From Amoebidium appalachense (taxonomy: Eukaryota > Protista > Ichthyosporea), in contig CAVNZM010000002.1 in the NCBI GenBank assembly GCA_963693365.1, positions 12,518,328 through 12,582,327 of the forward strand: DNA of 64,000 nucleotides, given 5' to 3'. The notes beneath the pieces were generated by a model. That model was given only the letters and a program-made list of their open reading frames with translations. It searched no databases and was not told where the DNA came from. A program made the position numbers and the translations under genes. Positions 16,101-32,600 of this stretch are shown one piece after another. Numbering within the stretch: the stretch's first letter is position 1; each line of letters begins with the position of its first letter.

Positions 16101-16758
16101 ATCATCGGGGTAAAAAGGATTGTGATCGGCCATGGGAGATTCTTGAGCTGATTGAAAGATGTGAGATTCTTGAACTGATTGAAAGATGTGAGATTCGAAG
16201 GATGCGAGATTCTTGAACTGCGCGGTCGCCAATGTAAACAGTTGGCAATGTATAACAGTGTCCTGCCGCGGTCGCCAATGTAAACAGTTGGACTAGTTAG
16301 GATAAGGCAGAGTACAACTGAATCAAAATAAAGACAGAGAACGGGTAGAAAGGCACACGCGGCCAGGTTGCTTTTACTATGGGCCGACTCAGTCTGTCTC
16401 AGACTTCACTGATGTGATCCCCGTACTGGGACGGCTTTCTTATATAGCCCCCAGGTTTCGGATCAAGGCCCAGGATTGGTTCATCCGCGGCCAGCGCGGG
16501 TGGCAACATGCCATTCGTGATTCTGGTGCGGTCCGAGCCAGTCAGACCTTTGTCCTATTTATGCAAACCTCTTATTGGTTCACTTCGTTTATGTGGTATG
16601 CAGCTGAAGAACCATATATGGTTCAATTCTTAGGTCAGAGTGAGTCCTATTGGTGCGGACATAATATTTATGTGATATTCATGACAAAGCACGAATCGTG
16701 TGCTAGTAGATCACATTCTTTAGTAAACATGTACAGTTCATGTGTACAGTTGTTTACA
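13182..16758 (-). mobile_element. Non-autonomous Gypsy-type LTR element with degenerate internal region
   Basis: LTRs 13182-13642 and 16279-16758 (TGTAAACA...TGTTTACA); 5-bp TSD CCCAC (13177-13181, 16759-16763); PPT next to 13643; PBS 16260-16277. Gypsy RT relic EEHL...VF...AGLKLKGKKC near 14150-14270. Confidence 0.9.
16260..16277 (-). other. Primer binding site complementary to a tRNA-Arg 3' end
   Basis: The plus strand reads GTCCTGCCGCGGTCGCCA, the 3' end of eukaryotic tRNA-Arg(UCG) plus CCA, 1 nt from the LTR. Confidence 0.8.
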
Positions 16759-16976
16759 CCCACCCAGCTCTGAAGGAACAACAGTTGTAAACAGACTATG
16801 TACGCTGTCAGACTATCAGGGGATTAGGGGATTATGTTCTCTTTCTGCAACGATTTTCCACAGAACCCCCCCCCCCTCCCCTCCCCCCCGGCCCCCCCAC
16901 TCCCCTTCCTAAAATGCACACAGGCACACATGCAAGTAAGCGCACGCACGCACACCCACAGCCGCACACACACGCG

Positions 16977-17015
<39 letters not shown>

Positions 17016-17078
17016 CCGGTTGTATCCCTCGCTTATAAAAATGTGATTCATGTTGTTCTGATAGAGTTTTGCCGGCAG

Positions 17079-20089
<3,011 letters not shown>

Positions 20090-22431
20090 GGACGGTGTTT
20101 TTGGTTTAGTTTGCCGTATCTCCGTGTATGAAATAATGCAGGGAACATCCAATACGTGGTGTTTTTGGTTGAGTTTTCCGAATCTCCTGGATTTATCGGC
20201 GTTTAGGAGAGTGAAACATGTAGGGAGTATCAAAAAAAACTGTGTTTTTGGTTTGGTTTTACGAGTTTCCCATGTCAGAGGGGGGGGGAAACAATTCGAT
20301 AATAGAGAAACCCGGGCGTTTTGGGGTTCTTTTTCTGAGTTTTCCCCAACTCGAGGCACAAACTCAGGCTAACGCGTGGTTGCCTGTACATGTGGAGGAC
20401 GAGGAGGAGGATGAAAACATGTAGGGAACATCGTGGTGACGTCATGCGTGACAAATGTTTCCGGCCCGGCTGTGCTGACTTGGCTGACGTAAGCTTAATT
20501 AAGACAGCAGAGTCGTAGAAGAGCAAAATAGATGACGAGGACGTTTTTTGACCTATACCCTTTAACCTATGCTAGCCATTGAAGTTTTTCAGTAGCTTGT
20601 GGAGCTTAGACAGACGAGCGAAGCGCTTTACAGCCCAAGGGGACCCATTTGCCTGCGAGCTGTGACGTCATACTTGGCGTAAGAGTCCAGTGGTGTGTGT
20701 CTGGAAGTCTATGGTCGAATATTTCATGGTTCCTTTGATGATCAGAGTACCTCGTCCCATTACCTCCACACATGCCTAGTCGAGCATGAGCTCTTTGTCG
20801 TAAGTAGCACTTGCGGCAACCCAAAGTAACTAATTTTGCACTTCTTTTCGGGTTCGACAAGAGTTTTTTCCGGACATGGTGTACAAAACAAAATAATCAG
20901 TACTGAAGCTATGGCAGCTCGTGATCACATAGATGCTGTTTGGCCTAGTCTATTTCGCCCGTTGAGTCTTAATGAGTCCTGAAATAACAGGGCTGGCTGA
21001 CAAAGAGCTTGTCGAGACCTTGATCGAGACAGTTGTTAACGAGCATGCTGTTCAAGTTTGTCCTGATGACTAAGTCAAGCTGAAGCTTCGATTCCATGAA
21101 AGCGATGCGGATAGTACACACACACATGCACAAACACTTACCCCTGCCATTCACTTGCTAACAAACATCAACCATACTCTTGCTGTCCCCTCTCTCTTGT
21201 TCAACACGTGCTTACTCTTAAGAGATTCGATCACCCTTTTCCTTTTGCCTCTTACTATCCCCCCGATTCCGTGCTTGCTTACTTGATACCCCCTCATTCA
21301 TGCTCAACCACACACACACATGCATGAATTTGCTTTTTCTCCCCTCCCTCCCCTATCACCCCCCATGACTTTTTTATCTCCCTTCTCTCCTCGGAACCAC
21401 AACTATTTCGTACTCTGGCTCACCTCACACACACGCTTTCACACACTTTCTCTCTACTTTCGAACCACCCACCAACCCACTCGCCGTCCCTTCTCGTATA
21501 TCTCCTATTTGCGCACTATCTACAGAAGTGAGCTATCGAGAGATTCACATTCGTCTTTAGATTCTATTATTATATATCTTTTATATTATACTTGCCCAAC
21601 AATCTCTGTTCCTCGTTCCCTATAGTTGTTGAAAACCTTTGTGACACGTCCTTAATATGACCTATGAATGCTAAGGCTTAATGCCAGTTTTTGCAAATGA
21701 TTGACAACACTGTCATTTTTTGGTATAAAGCTGATAGACCCACACAGGAATCCAACTAAGCGCGGGGCATGGCTTCTGTGCTTCTGTGATGAGCCATGCT
21801 TATCATTGCACAGTATAGCTAGCTTTAAGATGTCTAGTGTGTATGAACACATCAGGACATCTTGGCACCCTGGCACCCGGAATGGATAACGAGGGGGTAG
21901 AAGAGAGGAGTAGAACGGGCAGAAATCAAATCAACTGCCGCCGAGCTGCAGCGGCGAGACCCTAAGACGGCATCACCAGGGCCACAATCTCTTGGGAAGG
22001 CTTCTGCGTCTGCATGGCATTTAAGTGCGTAGTCAACTTGAGAGAAAGGTCATTCCAGCCTTATGTATTGATGTGGTCGTCAGCAAGGGTGAAGTGTCGA
22101 TAGTGTAGGTCATTCGATAGAGCAGCTTACGGCTCCGACTAAAAATTCAAAACAAACGGTGTCCCTTGCTTCACTCAAATAAACGGCTAGCTATTGCCAC
22201 CTGGGCCCTGCAAGCGCTTTCACTGACCTTCACTCATATCCACTTTGCATGTCTTACAACTGGACTTGTACATCATCAACCTATGCCACAATCTCATAAA
22301 CAACCTTCAAAAAATCAGTTTCCTAACAGCGAACAAATATATCTAAAACGAGTTTGCTGCATGCCCAGGCTCAAAGACGCCGGAAGTAACTCAACCATAA
22401 CAACTTCTTACGAGGACCTCTGACCAAGCAT

Positions 22432-22830
22432 CTACTGCCCGGCCTTGGGATGGGGCTGGAAAGGGTAGTCTGCAGACAGGCCGGTCTTCACCAGAACATC
22501 CCACGTAAACGCCTTGAAGGCTTCCACCTCCCTCTGGTGCTTCTGCTCCTGTATCTCCAGCTTGTGCTCAAACAACTCCCTCTGGGCAGCCATTTCCTTT
22601 TCCTTGCTACGCAGCTCAACCTCGACGACCGCCTGAGTCTTGCTGATCTTTTCCTCCACGACCGCCTGAGTCTTGCTGATCTTTTCCTCCAGAACTGCAG
22701 TGCGCTGACGGTTTGCCTCAACGTAATGAAACGTAGCCCCGAACGTCCCAAACAGGGCCACCGCTGCGGTAATATTTGTTGCATTGTCGGTGAAGGCCTG
22801 AAAAAACCGTTGCGCCCAGTGGGTTGTCAT
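22432..22830 (-). CDS. Small intronless protein: hydrophobic segment followed by a coiled coil
   Basis: 132-aa ATG-started ORF with ITAAVALFGTFGATF followed by an E/K/Q-rich helical region containing a 33-bp tandem repeat (EEKISKTQAVV x2). Confidence 0.5.
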   Translation of the reverse strand: MTTHWAQRFFQAFTDNATNITAAVALFGTFGATFHYVEANRQRTAVLEEKISKTQAVVEEKISKTQAVVEVELRSKEKEMAAQRELFEHKLEIQEQKHQREVEAFKAFTWDVLVKTGLSADYPFQPHPKAGQ

Positions 22831-23104
22831 TTTTCTCTGACGACTTCTTGGTAGACTAGAGCAAGGCCTCCTTCCTGCAAATGAAAATGGGCGAGCGATT
22901 GGGCAAACTGATGATCATGTATGTTCGCAGACAAGGGTCGACGGGTCGCTTTTCGGGCCAGCACTCCAGATGTTCGCATGGAAAAGCAGGGAAACCCAGT
23001 CCGAAGTGGGTTTTAAAACTTTAAGGTGAAATCATATATTTTAAAAAGTAAAATATCATGCTATCGTATGCATTTATTACGGATATTATGTAATAAATAT
23101 CATG

Positions 23105-23302
23105 GGGTTTACGCTGTTTACTCGAGGCAAAGAGAACCAGTCTCAGGTATGGGGGGGGGTTTTGCTCGGAATATCCCCTCAGCGGTATATCATGATCACG
23201 TACATAGATATAGATGTCGGGTGGTGACTATATATCAGGGTTTACTTTCTCTACGAGACACCATAAAGACTATAAGGAGAAATCAATTAGTTGGGGTTCC
23301 CC

Positions 23303-23343
<41 letters not shown>

Positions 23344-23373
23344 GGGCTCCCCTCGGGACACTCGGTATCAGCT

Positions 23374-23465
<92 letters not shown>

Positions 23466-24298
23466 CGCGTGCGCTATAATTTTGTAGTGATGTGTTTCTC
23501 AAGCCAATCAATACATCTAATAAACAGGTCGTAGTTACGCGTGTTTAGTATAAAATCAAGGATGTTGTAATTTACAGGTAGGCTATCTTTCTGGGTGTCT
23601 GTTGTGAATGTGACGTGTGTGTGTTGCGGTATTATGTGGTCTATCAAACTACATTTGGCGATACATGACCGGTTAAACTGGTGTGTGTGTGTGTTGTTTG
23701 GGCATGCAAATGATGCCACCTTATACTTATTAGATCTCCACTGTATAGCACGTGTACAGTAAAAGCGTGGTAATTGATCAATAATACCATCAGCTAGAGA
23801 AAGACCAGTTCTACAGGAAGGTAATATGTATTTAGGTGTTATATACTTGCGAGTGCCATATTTGGTAATATGGTTGAGGCGGTCAGTATATATAAAACGA
23901 GACATAAGGCTTAGTTTTTCAAGGTGTATGCTTTCATCGGGTCTAGTGTCGTGTGGTATCTTTTTCCATTTGTTATATTGCGTGATTATCTTGTGATTGT
24001 GTACATGTTTAATAAGTAAGTGGCAGTCCAAAGTCACACACACACTATTGCGGGGTTTATTTGTATTTGTGCCCAGGGGAGAAGGGGAGAGAGAGGGGAG
24101 GAAAGAGGGGAGAGGTGAGGAGGGGACAGGTCGGATAGAGAAGAGAGGGTGGGAGGGCAAATACTTCTTTAAGCGGCTTATGTGCTTATTGAATTTCAGC
24201 GCGAGATAGGATACTCTAGCAGAGTATTGGGACCAGACCATATATCGAGAGCGTTACAGGCCCAGGTTTACAACAGTTGTTAGAAAGGAGGCAACTTC
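23105..24298 (-). mobile_element. 5'-truncated copy of the LINE-like RT element
   Basis: Near-identical to 48937-49698 plus 53246-53624 in reverse; flanked by TSD TAAATATCATG (23094-23104, 24299-24309); preserves the RT C-terminus ...LNTRNYDLFIRCIDWLEKHITTKL. Confidence 0.9.
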
Positions 24299-25007
24299 TA
24301 AATATCATGCTATGTCTTTAGGGGGTAAACCTGCAAATCGTGAGAACTTTTCCCAGAAACTCGTATATCTTGTGAAGGGATGATTATTTTTAATAGCGGA
24401 AAAAACCTTTATAATACAATTTTAAGTCCTCTACTAGGAACTGGTACTTAAAACAACAAAGCGACAGCAGTTTAGTTCAGGCAGTTGATTTGTCGACCAT
24501 ACCTTCAAATCAATTAGAGAACCCTGTAGATCATGATAGGCTCTTGACTGTCGGATGATCGATCTATCACATGTCGCCGCAAAACACTGGCAAAACAAGA
24601 GGTCCCGTCGAGTGCCCACACTATCTATTCTCCCACTTTCTCCTAGCTCTTTTTACGGTCACTAAAACTCCGAGGCTTCGAGGCCAAACATACACAAGGA
24701 CAAGTAAAATGGCATTTGCCGACATTATTCTTGTGCCCCGGCTTGACACAAGCGACATGGTTGACATAGAGTACAAGGATGATGCGCAGTTACTGAAAAT
24801 CAAGCACTATCCTCACTTGGAAGTCCTGCTTACCATCTTGGAGGATACAGCACACATATACTACGCAAACGTCACAACTGCGGAATATGAAGCTGTTCTG
24901 CGTCAAAAGGAACTCTTTATTTTTAAACAATCAGACGGCAGCCCCATAGTCGCTCGTGGGCATCACATCATCCTCCGTGTCACTCCCACTTCCTTCACCT
25001 TCTTCCC

Positions 25008-26425
25008 CTACATCTTCCCACATGCTCCTCCCCCTGTATCTCTCCTCCCACTCCTCCTTTGCGCTCTGTTCCCCTCGCCCTCCTGTGCGTACTCGCTTTC
25101 GCTAACATCCTGCTCCGCATCATTGGTGGTGTTGTTCGGTTTCGCTGCGGCGCTTGTGTTCTCCAACCCCTTGTTCCGTGTCTTTAGGTGCCGCTTGCAC
25201 AGTCGCACCCCTCCGTGTTCGTGGCTTGGCATGGCTTTGAGGCCACAAAGTTCCCCCGACTGCTTGTTTGCTTGGCAGGGACCGATAACCAGTGCCACTA
25301 AGGCCTTTTGCTTCTTTCTTCCCTCCGCTGCCTTTGCCCGTTCCTCCTTCTTCTGCTTCTCCTCCGCCACAACACGTTCCTTCTCTCTTCTGCCGTCCAA
25401 GTGCTGCTCGCTTGTTCCGATCATGCACCCCTGTTGCTTTTTCCGTTTTCGCACTATCGTGGCGTTGCTGTTTGGGTTGCGTTCTGCGAGTGGTGCTCGA
25501 CCGTGTGGTGGTGTTTGCTGGGGCGTGCTGGTGGGGTCGGCTGTTTGCGCGGGGGGGGGGTTGGGTGGGGAGGGGGCCTGCCTGCTCGGGACGAATGTTG
25601 TGCACTGTACCGAACCGCTGTCTTGCTGTTTTGAGGGCAAAGACTTCTGCCTCCAATTCGGGTGTCGCCGGGTGTGCTCGAGGTATATTGTGCTGGTGCT
25701 CCAACCGTCATCAGAGTAGGCTAGCAACGCGTCTGGGTGGATATACTTAACGGCCGTTTCCATTTCCTCTGACATGAGACTCGAGGGCACTACAATGGTG
25801 GGTGGGTGGGCGTCACCGGACGCAACAATAGTAGGAATGATGGATAGGTGCCAGTCTTGCTCCGCAAACCCATAGCCGACTTTGTATGTTTTTCATGTCT
25901 GTGACCGTGAGAAGTTTCTGACCCGCACGCACGTTGGTTATGCGCAGTTGTTTCTCGTCGTCATTGAACAGATTCTTCTCCACGTTTATCTGCTTTTCTT
26001 CCACCAGTTCCTCCACCATATCAAACCACGAATTCATCTTCTCCTCCGTGAGAGCGGAAACGCGCGCTTTCGAAAGTTCGTTTGGTTTGCGGAAATTGAG
26101 GTTGTAATTATAACCGTGCTGTTTGGCACGGCGTTCGAACAAATTGAACCACCCCTCACCCGGAAGCCCGTCTGCTGTATTGAATTTTTTGCCGTTACGC
26201 TCAGCAATGTCCCGTGCAGACCTGAGAACTTCAGCACGAGAAACCCCCAACCCCCTCCCAGCCAGGAACACCAGCCCACTAGCAAGGCCAATCTCCTCAT
26301 CTCAGTGTTAGAATGGGCTTAGGGCCCGGTTTCTTGTTTCCATACTCAGGGTCTTTTTTGTGTCTGTATAGGGTTGCAACGGAAATGCCAGTGGTTGCAG
26401 CTACTTCATCAGCAATCTTGCGCGA
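25008..26425 (-). pseudogene. pogo/Tigger-like (Tc1-mariner) transposase relic
   Basis: N-terminal HTH (VAATTGISVATLYRHKK...KPGPKPILT), CENP-B-type HTH (GLPGEGWFNLFERR), start of the DDE domain (LFNDDEK) and a K/E-rich C-terminus with a Cys/His motif. It is frameshifted and lacks most of the catalytic core; no TIRs were identified. Confidence 0.7.
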
Positions 26426-26439
26426 ACATCCAAAACATA

Positions 26440-28090
26440 TCAAACCCATCTAGGATATGCAACTGTATATTAATGGATAGCTTTTGGATATCCACACGAT
26501 ATGTAGGATGGTTTCAGTCGAACATATCAATACCATCCACTGGATATATACAACATGTCTATTTCCTCCTGACCTCCAACCAATGTCCAATATGTATGTA
26601 GTTCCATGCTTAGATAGTGAACAAGATATTGCACCCCCAATAAATATCACATATGGATATCCATGCTGTACCTCCATTGGGCATCGTTGTGATATCAAAT
26701 ATCTGGATATGCAATCAATGCATATATGGATACATAAGTGCACCTATAATGGCCATTAAATACACATTAGATGCATATGAATGCAGACATCAAAGGCCAC
26801 CTGGTTGGTTCGGCATGTATTGGATATTAGACATATGCCCACAATGGATATCGACGCTGGATATCCAATGATGGAATTTCAACTGCATTCCTCCGTTGGA
26901 TAGCTATATGGATATGTAACATTCTGGATATCCATTTGGATGCTTAGCTGTATATTAGACTGGATCAGTAACAACATATCCAATACATGACTGACAAGGA
27001 TATCCGATCAAAATCCCCATACAGATATCAAGATATCCCTGTAGCAAGACATGCAATACACCTAACAAGTATATCCAATGGCGGTCTATAGTGGATGTCC
27101 ATATTGGATATCCATTATAATATCCAGATGGATCGCTAATACATGTGCATTTGACCCCAACGCTAATGAACAATGCATGCCCATATTGGATACGTTCCAT
27201 GGATATCCATTCCGATATCCAGATACATACGCATTTGCTTGTCCACTAGACCCTCCTATAATAACCAAAGCATGACGATTCCACATATCCAATTAGGTCA
27301 CCAAACTTTATGGCTCTGACGGTTATCCATATACACCCGCATGCTGATGTCCAATAGACAATCATACTAAGACACAATGGATAGCTATACTGGTTATCTA
27401 GGCTCAACATCCATACAGATATCTTGATACAGCTGCATTTGCCCATCCACTAGACCCTAATACTAATATCCAATGCATGACGAAAATACATATCACAATA
27501 GACCCCCATACCGATCTCCAACGGCTATCCATATGCACCCCTGCTTACCCATCCAATATATGTCGATATTCATATACAATGCATCACCATTCACAATATC
27601 TAATTTTAATATCCAACATGATATGCGGATACATATACACCTACATATGCACTCGGCACCTATGTTGATACCTAATGCATGAAAAACAAACATATCAAAG
27701 TAGATGTCCAACCTAATGCCTAACACTTAACAAACATACATGTTTTGGGATATCCATTAACACCCGTATCTAATACTTATAATATCACTATAACAGCTAT
27801 CTGGGTTGATACCCATACAGATAGCCAGATACATCTGTAGCTACATCTCTAGGGTACATCCACTGGATTAATTGCATAATTTTGGTACTGTATATCTGCA
27901 ACATATCTATTAGTGTGTATTTGATGTGTAATAAGGCCTTTCCGGATAAACATTATACATCTTTACCGATCCATCGCATAACCATATGATGGCTAATGAC
28001 CACCATTGATAAATAATTTATGTCTGATATCTATCACATAAGTAATACTTATCCACGGTACAAAGTTACACAACCACGTTATACTCGGTT
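26440..28090. repeat. AT-rich degenerate array of GGATAT/ATATCC motifs
   Basis: Dense recurrence of GGATA, TATCC and TGGATATCCA in both orientations over ~1.6 kb; no credible ORF. Confidence 0.7.
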
Positions 28091-28366
28091 CCACAAATCA
28101 AGGGGAAGAAATAGATAAAAAAGAGGAAGAAATAAGAAAGAAAAAAAAGAAGAAAAAAAAAAATCCAAAACCCCACAAATCACCCACACACCTTAAGACC
28201 ACAGGGATCATCTCAGCATTCATAGGCCTGTAGCCCACATGCCCAACCTGGGCAAGCAGTGCCTGTATGAACCCTGAATGGCTGCCAACCCCTATGTGCC
28301 GTATACTGGGGCCTGGTGGTGTTGTTTTCACAGCATGAGCCAGAAATCGCTATTCTACCCCCTTAC

Positions 28367-29558
28367 TGTTATTTTGTGTGGGTAAACGGAGAAGCAGAGA
28401 GCACAGATGGGTGTTATGTAAAACACAACACAAAGACACACGGGAAAAACACAACCGGAGAGGAGGAACGATTTCTGGAACCATAGGAAGTGAATACGAC
28501 TGCTTGTAATTTATTTCAAGATGAGGTCCCTTTTATACTTGGGAATGTGAAACGATAAACCAATCAAAAGAATGAAAACTATGAGTGTAAAATATATTGA
28601 ATAAAATGTCTGTCGACATTTAGAATATAAAACTCAATCCTCTAATGAAAGAAACTTCTAATAAAAGCACGGAAACATTTAATAAAATGAAACCACTTAT
28701 GTAACTATTAATTCATAACATATATTTATACATGTTCTTATCATAACACGTCTAAATATAATTTTTTTTCTTAATAGTTGAAGAACATAGCACAATGCTA
28801 CGTCGTGGGAAAGGAATGAGAAAGGAATGTAAGTTACTATATTTGGGAAAATACAAACGAGATATGATTGGATGACATATATAGATTTTGACGCAAACGA
28901 CAATACGTGTGCGCGAGCTAAGTATGTCGATACGTACACAGATCTAAGATGTCGTGTACACGGAAACGGAAAAGAAAGAAAGAAATGAAGAAAGGAAAAG
29001 GAAACAAACTACAACAACTAATAAATAAATACCAAACTCAACTTCTAAGTCTTGCTGAGAATTAAGTGAAGATGACATCCCCACTCAAGGGTTGGAAGTT
29101 GGGTTCTCGTGAAGTTTGTTGATGTGACTGTTGATGTTAAGACTTTCACACATGTAGAAGTAGGTGCCGTGAAGTCACAGTCAAGTTTCCCCACTCGAGA
29201 AGACAATGGAGAAGACTTGAAGGTGCAAGCCGGGGAAGAAAACCAAAACGGAAGAAGCACACAACGACGGTTGCCTCTGAAGACTCGGAAGATGACGGTA
29301 GCCAATGACGTGATATATAAATATATATAGAAGAAACAACTAGTGTATGTGTGACGTGTTGGTGGCTAATGTTAAATACATTATATATATGGTGGTATAT
29401 AAATAAACGACGGATGGTGGAGAAGAAATCCCCACTGAAGATGCACACACTGAAGATCGATGAAGACAGCAGTAGACTTTCGTTGGGAGGTGTCTCTACA
29501 CGGTGATGTGTAGACCACTGGCCAGGGCCCCAACCTACTTGAAGACCACTGTAGATGA

Positions 29559-29606
<48 letters not shown>

Positions 29607-32600
29607 CTCAGTCACGAAGACTGAGTGAATCACGGTGTTGCTCGTGGGAGGGCCCGGGCAGGGGCTTGGTGAAGATGTCAGCCACGTTGTCTTTGCTGGA
29701 CACGTAGGTGACGACCACATCCCCACTCTTGATGTAGTCCTTCGTGTTGTGGTAACGGACTGCAATGTGTTTGGTCCGGTGCTTGATGCTGTTGGTGTGC
29801 AGGAGGGCAATGGTGGACTGGTTGTCACAGTAGACGGGGGTGGGGTCGGTCATCGGGTAGCCGAGTTCACGGAGGAGATCACGGTGCCAGATGACGTTTT
29901 GAACAGCAGCATTGATGGCCAGAAGCTCAGCCTCGGTGGTGGATGTTGCCGTGATGGACTGCAGCTTCGAATACCATGTGATGGGTATGCCCTTGAAGAA
30001 GATGACGTATCCGGGGGTTGAACGACGGGTGTTGGGGCAGTTGGCAAAGTCAGCATCAGAATAACACTCCAGCAAGGGGGTGTTGTCGTCGGAAGCAGAC
30101 TTGTCGTAGTGAAGGCCGAGGTTGGAAGTGCCGATGAGGTACCGAACTACACGGAGTAGACATTCCCATGCAAGTTTGGTGGGGTTGGCACTGAATCTAC
30201 CGAGGTAGCCGATGGCAAAGGAGATGTCGGGCCGGGAACAACGAGCAACCCACAAAAGACGGCCGAGTAGTTCACGGTAGGGAACCTTGATGGGTGGTGA
30301 GTCGTTCTCGTTGATGGTGATGACGGTGCCGACGGGAATGGGAGTAGCCTTGGGGTGAGCATCGTTGAGGTTGAAGTCTCTGACGATGTCGTTGATGTAG
30401 GATTGCTGAAGCAGCTTGAGGTGACCGGGGGTGTGGATGAGCTGGGTGCCAAGGAAGATGTCGGGAAGGTCAACCTTGCAGAGAGCTGACTTCATGATGT
30501 GGTCTACTAGATCCTTGGTGTGGGAGGAGTTGGCCGTGCAGATGATGATGACGTCGTCCACATAGTTGCCAGTGAGGATGATGTCACCGTTGGGGAAGGT
30601 CTTGATGTAGACACATGGATCTGAACGGAGACGTTCGAGACCGTGAGCAAGGAGGACCTTGTCGAAGTACTCATACCAGGCCAGTGATGCTTGCTTGAGC
30701 CCGTAGAGTGCCTTCTTAAGTTTCCAGACCTTGTGTTCGTTGCCGGGGGTGATGAAGCCAGGTGGTGGCTCAATGTAGATGTCTTCTTGAAGAGGACTGT
30801 TGAGGAAGGCAGTTGAGACGTCGAGTTGATGAATCTCATGGTTGCCGTCCACACCGATGGCAAGGAGGGCACGGACGGAGGAGGACATCACCACGGGGGA
30901 AGAGGTGTCACCGTAGTCAACACCGTAGACTTGAGTGAAGCCCTTTGCAACACCACGAGCTTTGATCTTGGTGTCACCGGCTGAGTTGAGGACTTTCTCA
31001 GTCACAATCCACTTGAACTTGATGATGTTGGCACCAGGGGGGGGATCAACAATGGTGAAGACATCCTTGGTGATGAAGGCTTGGTACTCGGAGGTGAGGG
31101 CAGCTATGACGGCATCACCGTTGGGACCGTTGCAAAGCTTTTGAATGCCCTTGGGGAGCTGGTCAATGTTGATGGTCGGTGCTACGATGCTGACCAGTGC
31201 CGTTGGAGTCTTGGTGAGACGTGTAGACCGACGAAGGTTGGGCTTGGGGGGGTCCTTGAGGGGGGTGGTGGCCGGGTAGGTGGTGGAGGCCGGGATAGGG
31301 GCATGGAAGCCAGGAATAGGACCGGTGGTGAGGGGGGCATCGGTGTCCACAGGGCTGCTCGTGGCCGAGTGGAAGGTGGGGGACCCAGGACGAACCGGAG
31401 TCATGTAGCCGGGTTGATGCACAGCAACGGGGGGGGCCGGCAGCAAGGGTTGTTGGCCAGTGGGGAGGGGGCTCGGGGGAGGCACGGGTTCAACCGGGGC
31501 TGGTTGGTTGTGCCAGGACGGTTGGGAGATGACCACAGACGGAGTTTCATCGTCGTCGTCGGAGGGGGGGTCCAATGTCGGCAGATCGGGTTTGGGGGGA
31601 ACGGAGACCTGATTGGTGCTGCCCGTGAATTTCGACTCGTCGAAGATCACATCACGGCAGATCTTGATTTGGTTGCTGGCATGGTCGAGGATCTTGTGTG
31701 CCTTGGAGGGTAGGTCCCAGCCGACGTAGGTGCCGACTCTGACGGTTGATGCCAGCTTGTTCCTCTTTGACCGGGGAACATGCACATAGGCAGGGGAGCC
31801 GAACACGTGGAGCTGGGAGACGTCGGGTTTGAAGCCGTGGAAGGCCTCGAAGGGAGTGTTGCCGTTGGCAGCAGATGACGGTGTGACGTTGATGATGTAG
31901 CTTGTATGCTTGAGAGCAGCAACCCACAACTTGGGAGAGAGAGGTTGGTCCTTGTCGGCATGGAGGAAGCAACGGACTGTCTCTTGCAGTTCTCTCATCT
32001 TCCGTTCAACAACACCATTGTGTTGTGGTGTGTCGACGGGGGCAAACTCCATGATGATGCCTTTCTGCTTGCAGTAGGCCTCGGTGTCCTTGGAGGTGAA
32101 CTCAGAGCCGGAGTCAAACCGAAGATGGGTGACGATCTCAGGTGTCTGACGTTCGATGGTTTCAACGAGAGACTGAATGTGGCTGAGGGTTTCACCACGG
32201 TTGTAAAGGGGGAATACGGTGGTGTAACCGGTGGCATCACAAACACACACCAGAGCAACCTTGTAGCCTCCGTAGGAAGCACAGGGAGCTTCGAAGAAGT
32301 CCAGGTGCCACTTAGCACCGGGAATGGTGAACTTGGAACGGGTGCCGGGAAAGGGGGCCTTGGTGGTCTTGCCAGACATGCAGCCGAAGCAGTCACTGTT
32401 GTCGGGTGACTTGAGGGAGGGGGGCATGCCGATGACAAGCTCATCCTTGGCCATCCTGGTGACGGTGGAGAGGGCACGGTGGCCGAGACGGTTGTGCCAA
32501 AGGGTGAGGTCGTCGGGTGGTTGAGTCCTTGCTGTGTAGGCTTGGACCCCCGGGTGTTTAGGAGTCTCAATCACATAGTCAGTGATGTAGTAGAGACCGT

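Noticed and set aside
23021-24440. Kolobok-like terminus TTAA-GGTGAAAT into which the LINE fragment inserted
   Set aside because: No matching opposite end was found in the window.
24571-25719. 382-aa plus-strand ORF
   Set aside because: Mostly antisense to the pogo relic; the first ~90 aa after ATG 24709 look plausible, but I cannot assign them.
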